A stretch of DNA of 42,009 bases. Origin: Candidatus Kapaibacterium sp. (GTDB lineage Bacteria > Bacteroidota > Ignavibacteria > Kapaibacteriales > UBA2268). The notes beneath the pieces are model-generated. The model saw only the letters and a list, made by a program, of their open reading frames with translations. It had not been told where the DNA came from and searched no databases. Shown here one piece after another: positions 18,401 to 26,165 of the stretch. The stretch lies in contig JAQIDA010000079.1 in assembly GCA_027858275.1 (NCBI GenBank), positions 1-42,009 on the forward strand. The letters run 5' to 3'. Numbering within the stretch: the first letter of the stretch is position 1; each line of letters begins with the position of its first letter. The position numbers were made by a program, and so were the translations under genes.

Positions 18401-18970
18401 GAAGAAATACCGGCGATTGAGATCAAACCCGGATTAACTCTCCGCGGAAAAATTGACAGAGTAGAAATTTTCAATGATTCAGGCTCAATCAAACTGATGA
18501 TCGGAGATTATAAATCATCTTTTTCAAGTCTGCCCGGCAACAGTGAAATCTTAAAAGGTACTGCCTTCCAGATGCCTTTATACCTTAAAGCAACACAATT
18601 AATTCTGAGAGATTATTATAATATCGATGTTCAGGCTAACGGCGGAATATACTATCCGGTCAGACCTAAATATGAGGCGAAAAAAGACAAAACGCAATTT
18701 GAGAAAATGCTGCTTATCACTCCCGATAACCCAATTTTTGATAACTTCAAGAGAAGTAAAACGATTGTTATCAAGGAAAATGACGATTTGGATATAAACG
18801 GTATTCTTGATCTGTCAACGGAAGCCGCTATGGATATTATCGATCGACTATATTCGGGTGATTTCCCCTTAGAGCCGGCGGATCCGAGAATGTGCCAATA
18901 CTGCTCCTTTAATTCCACTTGCAGGATTCGTGATCGGGAAAGAATTGATGTTGAAGAAGAGGAAGAATAA
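15416..18970 (+). CDS. AddB/RexB-like PD-(D/E)XK nuclease with C-terminal Fe-S cysteine cluster; degenerate N-terminal helicase-like domain
   Basis: 1184 aa. AddB-like landmarks are VLVVPTAKHVRRF (no intact Walker A), IMIYGFSEFKYPETEFL and TSVEQTRGIPYKASILCGALDGEFP. The nuclease core is SELESYAKCPYKYFL ... GKIDRVEI..IGDYKSS. The terminal CQYCSFNSTC (C-x2-C-x5-C, nt 18893-18922), together with the upstream Cys, matches the AddB iron-staple arrangement. Confidence 0.8.
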   Translation: MAQILCNRAFDINNQHLSPEAMIEDAIQNDELNSFVLVVPTAKHVRRFQLKIINEYFDRKKKPTPKLNIFTLSELVKHCFFKYKSSSEYKIISDAYRLSLFEEAFENADIKFLLKLGTRVSPAILQRVAGIVSGLKEDGITVHKLKQDIAHAIEENDEKTDIKRLTDICSVYEQYQKLLAGKYLDEPELLNLTINEFIDPIAQQELFNNEKSDDLKGIEKLNNVFDDIKTIMIYGFSEFKYPETEFLSLFSKSNIPTAIHIDYSVKNGPLFGNLENSIISLSDRGFQLYSLSDSDTNESSPSFFLRKYLFRNDTKVCNDRLASSIKVIKAENRQDEVKSITKLVKYLLTSEKLHMSDICVCMRRPNLYSEMFRESFALSEMPVNISDRFSMANSSVVTSVFAILDIVSKDFLREDVHRAAESPYLSYKFENGKKEHVIDSKNLYNSALKMRVRGGFRRGGSKSWISIFEFGIKLKEKIIKNPGSSDPYAAGNLRNEIKQLRKALEDIKILKEMLPWENKEFLPDEFSNIIKTGIITQFNVRKNLSDKYHNTLEHQADKSDTQKIFVLDQIEKEARALSELINLIDEMTYILSDRYPGKKFKIEEYVKRFKTAVSGEKHQIREKQDYGVNITSVEQTRGIPYKASILCGALDGEFPITYRPESFLGKELPETEIRHIHAERIKFYQFLTNNPDALDSGENQIFITYPRMKDAEELVKSPFIDALYKISTIEKNNKVYDLTEIRKAIDSGSDDENLIQQYAEIPWCRAITDKEELTKHISDGTIGTDQLDSTDDLNLDYLKFVLDISNKSETTIDKTQLSEAVNDQIENFKTKIYSVSELESYAKCPYKYFLTRFLQLDDISEEDDMLSPMERGNVYHEILYKFFTTLQSKIKNTPNMIMPNNPDLPPIIPVILDPLKKDKYLKLLRDIAEEELNRIRFDHPFFEIEEDEMLGTESHKGLLEIWLNAELERVQKDEFQYLPALFEFGFGMSSKHSDKEEIPAIEIKPGLTLRGKIDRVEIFNDSGSIKLMIGDYKSSFSSLPGNSEILKGTAFQMPLYLKATQLILRDYYNIDVQANGGIYYPVRPKYEAKKDKTQFEKMLLITPDNPIFDNFKRSKTIVIKENDDLDINGILDLSTEAAMDIIDRLYSGDFPLEPADPRMCQYCSFNSTCRIRDRERIDVEEEEE

Positions 18971-18979
18971 TTTCTTTCT

Positions 18980-19016
18980 AATACTGTTTCTGCAAGATGG
19001 TATACAGAACAGTATT
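18980..19016 (+). terminator. Hairpin just after the AddB-like gene (weak terminator candidate)
   Basis: AATACTGTTTCTG / CAGAACAGTATT: 12 bp with one bulged T and a 12-nt loop, 10 nt after the stop. It is followed by only TTT. Confidence 0.3.
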
Positions 19017-19103
19017 TAATGCTTGCATTTCAAGCTCAGATTCCTTATCTATCATATTACACTCGGCAAAATGGAGATTGTATAATAAAAACCGGATATA
19101 AAT

Positions 19104-21296
19104 ATGAAATCTAATCATCAACTCGACAAAATAGCGATTTCGGTTCAATCGCATAAGCTATTGCAACAGCTCCTGACAGAAAATCCGAAATTAGAAGAAA
19201 TAATGAGGGTTTCCCGTAATGAAACTGAGGCATTAATCGGTGTCAGACAGTGGGGACTTGCCGAATTAAAATTGAATCCTGAGGCCTTGACGTTCTATAA
19301 CAATAAGAATTCTGTTCGTTCGGAATTCGAGAAATTGAAGTGGAAAGACTTTGCCGTTATTAGAATTCTCGATTATGTGGACAATGCCGGTCGAGAGTTT
19401 TCGGATTTAAACCTTCGCGGCGCCTCTGCCGTGAGCAATCCGATGAAATTAATTTGGCTTGCCGTGAATTTCGGTACAGGCGGTGCAAAGCCTGACTTCT
19501 TCCGTGATATGCTTCATCTATTCAGACAATTCAGCGGTGTTTCTACTCGCACAAAACCGACATTTGACGATCTTCAGGTATGGATGGAACGCTTCCCTTC
19601 CGGCTTGGACGAACGCATCGAACAACTTCACAAAGAGAACAAAGAACGTATTGTCAATATCATCATTGATAAAATTGATGCCGGCGAAATAACAGACTCT
19701 AAGTACTTTTTCGATCCTGATATGTCCTATGGACAGAAAGTTTTGCGCATTGTTGATTGGTGGGAAGATCATAAATTCCATCTTAGGTTCGCGGTACGCA
19801 ACCCTAAGACACTCAATGAATATATGGGAGGGTCATTAGATCCTGATACAATGAAACGCCTGAACAGAGCTGAATCCATGGGGATACCATTTTTTATCAA
19901 TCTTTACTATCTTTCCCTGATGCACGTCAGAAAACCGTATTTCGCAATCGGATCCGATCTCGCCATTCGAGATTATGTTATCTACAGTGACAAATTGCTT
20001 GAAGAATACGGGAATATCGTAGCCTGGGAAAAAGAAGATGTTGTTGAAGAAGGCAAACCAAATGCCGCAGGCTGGATACTTCCCGCTCATCACAATGTTC
20101 ACAGAAGATACCCGGAAGTAGCAATTTTGATTCCTGATACAATTGGTCGTGCCTGTGGCGGACTCTGTGCTTCCTGCCAGCGTATGTATGACTTCCAGAG
20201 CGGTCACCTCAATTTCAATCTTTATAAACTCAAGCCTAAACAAACTTGGTCGGAGAAACTAAAAACACTGCTTGACTATTGGGAAAACGATTCACAATTG
20301 CGTGACATTCTTATCACAGGCGGTGATGCACTGATGAGTACTGATAAATCCTTGGAAAAAATGCTGGACGGCATTCTAGAAATGGCTAAGAAAAAAATCT
20401 TGGCCAACAAGAAGCGTCCCGAAGGAGAGAAATACGCTGAATTAGTACGAGTACGCCTCGGCACAAGACTGCCAATTTATTTACCGCAAAGAATTACTCC
20501 CGAATTGACCAAAATTCTCGCTGATTTCAAGGCAAAAGCTTCCGCGTTAGGCATTAAGCAATTCTTAATTCAAACGCATTATGAAACATCCATGGAAATT
20601 ACACCGATGTCCAAACTCGCTGTCGAACGATTGATTTCTGCGGGTTGGACAGTGACAAATCAACATGTGTTCACCGCTGCGTCGTCTCGTAGAGGTCATA
20701 CTGCCAAATTGCGTAAGGATCTCAATGAGATAGGTGTTTTGACTTATTACACTTTTTCTGTCAAAGGCTACACGGAAAACACTTATAATTTTGCGACAAA
20801 CGAACGGGCGGTACAAGAACAGATTGAAGAAAAAGTTTTTGGAATAATTCCCAAACAATATCATCAAGACATCAGACAATTCCCCTTAAAGGCCGAGAAT
20901 ATGGTCGAAAACATTGAAGAATTACTTGAAAAATCTAAGCTTCCTTTCCTTGCGACAGATCGAAATGTACTCAATCTGCCGGGTGTCGGCAAAAGTTTGA
21001 CGTTCAGAACAATAGGAATCACTCGCTACGGTCGCCGAATCTTGGAATTCGATCATGACGCAACTCGCAATCACAGCCCGATAATTCATAAAATGGGCAA
21101 AGTAATTATCGTTGAATCAAAATCAATCAGTGAATACATGGAGCAATTGGAGCAAATGGCTGAAGATATTAGCGAATATACAGATGTTTGGGGTTATTCC
21201 GCAGGCTCAACCGAACCGAGACAACCAATCTATGAATATCCTGAGTATGAATATATATCCACGAAAGAATATACTAACTTAGATATTGGAGAATAA
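19104..21296 (+). CDS. KamA-family radical SAM protein (lysine-2,3-aminomutase-like), long form
   Basis: 730 aa. The radical SAM triad is ACGGLCASCQR (Cys351/355/358, nt 20154-20177). Other matches are ILITGGDALM, the KamA-like IPFFINLYYLSLM upstream motif, VTNQHVF, and NLPGVGKS at the position of the PLP-lysine motif (APGGGGK in Clostridium LAM). Confidence 0.8.
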   Translation: MKSNHQLDKIAISVQSHKLLQQLLTENPKLEEIMRVSRNETEALIGVRQWGLAELKLNPEALTFYNNKNSVRSEFEKLKWKDFAVIRILDYVDNAGREFSDLNLRGASAVSNPMKLIWLAVNFGTGGAKPDFFRDMLHLFRQFSGVSTRTKPTFDDLQVWMERFPSGLDERIEQLHKENKERIVNIIIDKIDAGEITDSKYFFDPDMSYGQKVLRIVDWWEDHKFHLRFAVRNPKTLNEYMGGSLDPDTMKRLNRAESMGIPFFINLYYLSLMHVRKPYFAIGSDLAIRDYVIYSDKLLEEYGNIVAWEKEDVVEEGKPNAAGWILPAHHNVHRRYPEVAILIPDTIGRACGGLCASCQRMYDFQSGHLNFNLYKLKPKQTWSEKLKTLLDYWENDSQLRDILITGGDALMSTDKSLEKMLDGILEMAKKKILANKKRPEGEKYAELVRVRLGTRLPIYLPQRITPELTKILADFKAKASALGIKQFLIQTHYETSMEITPMSKLAVERLISAGWTVTNQHVFTAASSRRGHTAKLRKDLNEIGVLTYYTFSVKGYTENTYNFATNERAVQEQIEEKVFGIIPKQYHQDIRQFPLKAENMVENIEELLEKSKLPFLATDRNVLNLPGVGKSLTFRTIGITRYGRRILEFDHDATRNHSPIIHKMGKVIIVESKSISEYMEQLEQMAEDISEYTDVWGYSAGSTEPRQPIYEYPEYEYISTKEYTNLDIGE

Positions 21297-21326
21297 GATT
21301 CTTTCTTCTGTTCCTTGTTGATATTA

Positions 21327-21358
21327 ATTCCCTGTTGATGAGATTATCAGCAGGGAAT
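21327..21358. terminator. Hairpin between convergent genes (KamA-like + / queA -)
   Basis: ATTCCCTGTTGAT-GAG-ATTATCAGCAGGGAAT. The outer 8 bp are perfect and the inner pairing has one mismatch. There is no clear T tract on either strand. Confidence 0.35.
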
Positions 21359-21384
21359 ATCTATTATACAGTACGAAGGATTAG

Positions 21385-22665
21385 CTATCTCAGCAAAACA
21401 GAACTGTCCCCGTAACTCAAGAACCTATAATCGTTTTCTAACGCTGCTTCATATATTTTTCGCCATAAATCATATCCGGCAAAAGTCGCGACAAGCAAGA
21501 TCAATGTGCTTTTAGGCATATGATAATTTGTTATCAGCGTTTTAACTGTTTTGATGTCATAGCCCGGAACAATGAACAATTGCGTTTTACAATGAATCTC
21601 CCTGAGATTTTCCGAGTCTGCAAACCTCGCTAACGCCACGAAAGACTCGGCGCAACCGGGAAGTTTATCTTCAGATTCTGTTATGTTATAAGGCTCAAAT
21701 TGAGATAATGTTAAGAATCCGTCCGTAATGGCAGCTTTCCCTTTCCTCAGGAGCAATTTCGCGCCAATCCAGTACATTGACTCAAGTGTGCGCAAAGATG
21801 TCGTTCCTGTGGCCGTCAGCCCTGAATTTGGATTGTTTTTGAAGAAGGAAGCGAAAGCTTTGATGTTCTCGGTTGAAACTGAGAATTGCTCAACGTGCAT
21901 ATTATGATCGCTGATGTCATCCCCTTCAATAGGTTTGAAAGTACCCGGTCCGACGTGAAGAGTCACGTTCAGAATTTCTGTTCCGTTTTCTTTAATTGCT
22001 GAAAGAACTTCCGGCGTGAAATGCAGCCCTGCCGTAGGCGCGGCAACCGATCCGTCGGCTTCGGCATATACTGTTTGATAACGCTCTTTGTCTTGCTCTT
22101 CAGCTTCTCGTTTGATATAAGGAGGTAATGGTATATTGCCGATAATATCAAGAATATCAGCAAAAGTTATATTCTTATCTTCATAACTAAATTCGACAAG
22201 AGCTTCATTGTCAATGCGTTCAACAATCATTGCTGTTAGTGATATATCTGCGTAGACTGTCTTATCGAGATTCAGAATCATACCGGGATTAAGATTTCTT
22301 CCTCCGACAAGACATTTCCATTTACAGGTATTTCTCGACAACATAGTAACCTGTGGATCGACCGACGGTGAAACAGGATCAACGCAGAGCAACTCCACCT
22401 TGCCGCCCGTAGGTTTCTTCATGAAGATTCGAGCCGCAATCACTTTTGTGCTGTTCAGAACGAGAATTGTATCTTTAGGGATAATTTCAGAAATATCATT
22501 AAATACTTTGTGATTAATTTCTCCTGTATTAACATCAGCAACAAGCAGTTTGCCTGAAGCTCGCTCTTCTAAGGGGTAATCGGCAATTTTTTCTTTGGGC
22601 AAATCATAAAAGTATTTGTCGAGATCAGTTTCGGGCATTTTGCCGGAGAGATTATTTTTAGTCAT
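21385..22665 (-). CDS. queA: S-adenosylmethionine:tRNA ribosyltransferase-isomerase (QueA)
   Basis: YDLPKEKIADYPLEERASGKLLV, ERYQTVYA..GSVAAPTAGLHFT, TLHVGPGTFKP, GTTSLRTLES, ITNYHMPKSTLILLV. 426 aa, longer than the ~350 aa E. coli/B. subtilis enzymes. An alternative start is M10 (22638). Confidence 0.9.
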   Translation of the reverse strand: MTKNNLSGKMPETDLDKYFYDLPKEKIADYPLEERASGKLLVADVNTGEINHKVFNDISEIIPKDTILVLNSTKVIAARIFMKKPTGGKVELLCVDPVSPSVDPQVTMLSRNTCKWKCLVGGRNLNPGMILNLDKTVYADISLTAMIVERIDNEALVEFSYEDKNITFADILDIIGNIPLPPYIKREAEEQDKERYQTVYAEADGSVAAPTAGLHFTPEVLSAIKENGTEILNVTLHVGPGTFKPIEGDDISDHNMHVEQFSVSTENIKAFASFFKNNPNSGLTATGTTSLRTLESMYWIGAKLLLRKGKAAITDGFLTLSQFEPYNITESEDKLPGCAESFVALARFADSENLREIHCKTQLFIVPGYDIKTVKTLITNYHMPKSTLILLVATFAGYDLWRKIYEAALENDYRFLSYGDSSVLLR

Positions 22666-22718
22666 AGGGCGGGGATTCTGAATTGTTAGATTTGAACTGT
22701 GTTTATATCTCGCCTAAA

Positions 22719-22827
22719 TTCATCGGATGACATTATTATTTTGTCTATAGTCATCCAATGAAAACACGCGATTATTTATCTTTTTCATCCGATGACCGTG
22801 TATACGGTTAAAATGTCATCGGATGAA
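22719..22827. repeat. Two tandem hairpins / four copies of the palindrome TCATC-N-GATGA in the secA-queA spacer
   Basis: Arms are TTCATCGGATGAC (22719-22731), GTCATCCAATGAA (22750-22762), TTCATCCGATGAC (22784-22796) and GTCATCGGATGAA (22815-22827). Each arm pair is separated by exactly 18 nt of unrelated sequence. The second pair is perfectly complementary and the first has one mismatch. Confidence 0.8.
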
Positions 22828-22850
22828 TTTTTTAAGTCCTATATGAGACC

Positions 22851-25800
22851 TTACACACCCTTACCATGGCATGCTTTGTATTTTTTGCCGCTTCCGCAAG
22901 GACAAGGATCATTTCTTTTGACCTTTTGTTCGGTACGTTTGAAAGTCGCGACCGCAGTTTGAGCGTTGGTCTCAGGGGCTTGCGCTTCAGGTGCTTGAGG
23001 AGCACCTGACATAAACGCCGGATTCTCTGAAGGATGTTGGAATTGCATTTGCTGTGGCTGACGCCTTCTTGAAGCCGGCAAATCTTCTTGTCCGGATCTG
23101 TCAACGACTCTCGGGAAATATTTGAACGCGAAAGTAGTAGTTTCGTTGTTGATTTCTCCGACTAATTCTACGAAATGACGATATGCTTCGCCCTTATATT
23201 CCAAAATTGGATTTTTCTGACCGTAAGAACGCAGATGGATACCCTCTTTTATATCGTCCATCAATCTCAAGTGGTCGCGCCATTTCTCATCAATAGTTTC
23301 AAGTACGGCAATTCGCTCAAGCTTTGCCATGAATTCAACTCCGAGCATTTCTTCTTTACGTTCATAGAATTTTGTAGCTGTGGCAAGCACTATTTCAACT
23401 GCCTTTGACTTACCCAGTTTATCAAAATCATCTGTAGCAAAATCAACCTCGCATAACAATTTAGAACGTACCTCATTTTTGAATGCTGTCATATCGTTTG
23501 TCGGCGAGTAATCTTCATACCACTGATCTGCCATATCTTCTACATATTCATAGATTTCGCCTTTCAAACGTTCTCCGCGGAGAGCCTGACGGCGTCGGGC
23601 GTATATAACCGTTCTCTGCTGATTCATAACATCATCATATTCGAGCAAACGTTTACGAACTCCAAAGTTGTTTTCTTCAACTTTTTTCTGAGCGCGCTCA
23701 ACAGATTTCGTAATCATTGAATGCTGAATTGGTTCGCCTTCGGGGATCTTTAATCTACTCATAACTCCCGCCATTCGTTCGCCTCCGAAAAGACGCATCA
23801 ATCTGTCTTCAAGAGATATAAAGAATATTGATGAACCGGGGTCACCCTGACGACCTGCGCGACCTCTGAGCTGTCTGTCAATACGACGTGAATCGTGACG
23901 TTCCGAACCGAGAATAGCGAGCCCGCCGTTTTTCTTGACTTCGTGATCTAACTTGATATCCGTACCGCGACCTGCCATGTTTGTTGCAATTGTAACAGCG
24001 CCTTTTCTGCCGGCGGAGGAAACAATATCAGCTTCTTTTTCGTGCTGCTTGGCGTTCAAAACATTATGCTTGATTCCGCGACGTTTCATCATTTTGCTGA
24101 GCAATTCTGATGTTTCGACCGTAGCTGTACCGACAAGACTCGCGCGTCCCGCTTTGAGAATTTCTTCCACTTCATCAACAACCGCGTTAAATTTTTCGCG
24201 TTTGGTCTTATAAATCAAATCTTCCATATCATCGCGAACTATAGGTCTGTTCGGCGGGATAACAAGTGTTTCCAATTTATAGATTTTTTCAAATTCAGAG
24301 GCTTCTGTTTCTGCCGTTCCGGTCATGCCGGCGAGTTTGTTATATAAACGGAAATAATTCTGCAAAGTAATTGTAGCGAAGGTCTGAGTGTCTTTTTCAA
24401 CTTTCACATGTTCTTTAGCTTCTATGGCTTGATGTAATCCTTCTGAGTATCTTCTGCCGTCGAGAATACGACCTGTATGCTCATCAACAATCATTATTTT
24501 TTTGTCTTGGATGACATATTCAATATCTTTTTCGTAGAGAGAATGAGCGCGAAGAAGTTGAGATATAGTATGAATCCTGTCGCTTCTTTCGGAAAAGACT
24601 CTGTGGATTTCATTTTTTTTAGTTTGTTTTTCCTCTTCAGGCATGTTTGAATCACCTTCGATTTCGCTAAGCTGAGCGGCGATGTCGGGGATAACAAACA
24701 TTTCGGCTTCTTCCTGAGCTGATGCGAGCAGTTCGCGTCCTTTGTCGGATATATCTACTCCGTGATTTTTTTCGTCTATTGTATAATACAGACCTTCGTC
24801 TATTTCATTCATTCGTCGACCTTGGTCGCGGAGATATTCGAGTTCGGTATCTTTGAGCAACTTCTGATTGGAAGGTTCCTGCAAAAGTTTTGCGAGTCTT
24901 TTATGTTTCGGAAGACCGCGATTCGATCTCAATATTTTCACGCCTGCTTCGGCAACTGATTCTTTATCATCTATGTCTTCTAACAACTTAGGGACATCGG
25001 CTAAAAAAGTATTAACCAATCTATTTTGATTCTGCACAAGTTTTAGGACTCGCGGATTGAGTTCGTCAAATCTTTGATCTGATTGTCCGACCGGACCGGA
25101 GATAATCAACGGTGTTCTGGCTTCATCGACTAATACGGAGTCAACCTCATCGACTATCGCGAACCAATGTTCTCGCTGAACCATTTGATCAGCTTCGACA
25201 ACCATATTGTCGCGGAGATAATCAAAACCGAATTCATTGTTGGTTCCGTATGATATATCCATGTTATAGATTTTTTTGCGGCGATCATGATCAATATTGG
25301 ACTGAATTGCCCCAACGCTCATACCGAGGAAATCAAAGACAGGGGACATCCACTCGGAATCACGTTTTGCTAAATAATCATTGACCGTTACCAGGTGAAC
25401 GCCTTTGCTCGGCAGAGCATTCAAATACATAGGCATAACAGCAACCAAAGTCTTACCTTCACCCGTTGCCATTTCTGAAATTTTACCGCGATGCAAAGAT
25501 ACCGCGCCAATCATCTGCACATCGTAGGGAATCATTTCCCATAAAGCAGGCTGTCCTGCATATTCATATCTGTGCATACTTTCAGCCAATCGCTTGCAGG
25601 TCTGCTTGACCACAGCGAAAGCTTCAGGCATTATATCTTCTAAAACATCTTCTATTTCTTCGAATATTTCTTTTTTTAGTTTCTTTATTCTGTCGTTAAG
25701 GTCTTGAATTTCATCAGCATCAAGCGACTCGCTTTTAAGTTTCTCGCGAATTTCGATTTTTTCTTCTTCAAGTTCCTTGGTATGATCCTTAATGATTTCC

Positions 25801-25952
25801 CTGAATTCAACTGTCTTGGCTTTGAGTTCATCATCCGTCAGTGATTCCAACTTTTTATAATGGACATCAATCTCATCGACAATCGGTTGCATACTTTTAA
25901 CAATTTTATCATGCCTCGACCCGAAAAATTTTCCTAATAGATTTCCAATCAT
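22851..25952 (-). CDS. secA: Preprotein translocase ATPase SecA
   Basis: 1033 aa. It has DEAD-motor motifs (MATGEGKTLVAVMP, VDEVDSVLVDEARTPLIISG, TNMAGRGTDIKL), preprotein cross-linking and helical scaffold regions, and the C-terminal zinc-binding tail CPCGSGKKYKACHG. Confidence 0.97.
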   Translation of the reverse strand: MIGNLLGKFFGSRHDKIVKSMQPIVDEIDVHYKKLESLTDDELKAKTVEFREIIKDHTKELEEEKIEIREKLKSESLDADEIQDLNDRIKKLKKEIFEEIEDVLEDIMPEAFAVVKQTCKRLAESMHRYEYAGQPALWEMIPYDVQMIGAVSLHRGKISEMATGEGKTLVAVMPMYLNALPSKGVHLVTVNDYLAKRDSEWMSPVFDFLGMSVGAIQSNIDHDRRKKIYNMDISYGTNNEFGFDYLRDNMVVEADQMVQREHWFAIVDEVDSVLVDEARTPLIISGPVGQSDQRFDELNPRVLKLVQNQNRLVNTFLADVPKLLEDIDDKESVAEAGVKILRSNRGLPKHKRLAKLLQEPSNQKLLKDTELEYLRDQGRRMNEIDEGLYYTIDEKNHGVDISDKGRELLASAQEEAEMFVIPDIAAQLSEIEGDSNMPEEEKQTKKNEIHRVFSERSDRIHTISQLLRAHSLYEKDIEYVIQDKKIMIVDEHTGRILDGRRYSEGLHQAIEAKEHVKVEKDTQTFATITLQNYFRLYNKLAGMTGTAETEASEFEKIYKLETLVIPPNRPIVRDDMEDLIYKTKREKFNAVVDEVEEILKAGRASLVGTATVETSELLSKMMKRRGIKHNVLNAKQHEKEADIVSSAGRKGAVTIATNMAGRGTDIKLDHEVKKNGGLAILGSERHDSRRIDRQLRGRAGRQGDPGSSIFFISLEDRLMRLFGGERMAGVMSRLKIPEGEPIQHSMITKSVERAQKKVEENNFGVRKRLLEYDDVMNQQRTVIYARRRQALRGERLKGEIYEYVEDMADQWYEDYSPTNDMTAFKNEVRSKLLCEVDFATDDFDKLGKSKAVEIVLATATKFYERKEEMLGVEFMAKLERIAVLETIDEKWRDHLRLMDDIKEGIHLRSYGQKNPILEYKGEAYRHFVELVGEINNETTTFAFKYFPRVVDRSGQEDLPASRRRQPQQMQFQHPSENPAFMSGAPQAPEAQAPETNAQTAVATFKRTEQKVKRNDPCPCGSGKKYKACHGKGV

Positions 25953-26096
25953 TTGATTTTATCTTGGATATATGTATAAATATTATGTTTCAACTTAACC
26001 ATGCTTAGGACGTAAAAACAGGTTTTCTGTTTTAGTAAACAGTAAATTAACATTTAATTATGAAGTATCCCAAACTATCGACCTGAAATTTGATAT

Positions 26097-26104
26097 TATG
26101 TTTG
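26097..26104 (+). promoter_or_regulatory. Candidate Bacteroidota-type -7 promoter element (TAnnTTTG) for the agmatinase gene
   Basis: Exact TATGTTTG 62 nt upstream of ATG 26166, in the divergent secA/speB spacer. This is a motif match only, and chance occurrence is plausible in AT-rich DNA. Confidence 0.25.
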
Positions 26105-26165
26105 CATTCAATCTTATATTTTGCTTAATTTGTGTGAAACACAATTGATTAAACGAGATCAAAAC

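Noticed and set aside
19023-19051. Sigma-70-like TTGCAT-N17-TATCTA upstream of the KamA-like gene.
   Set aside because: If the organism uses Bacteroidota-type promoters, the E. coli consensus is not informative. It is a single weak match in AT-rich DNA.
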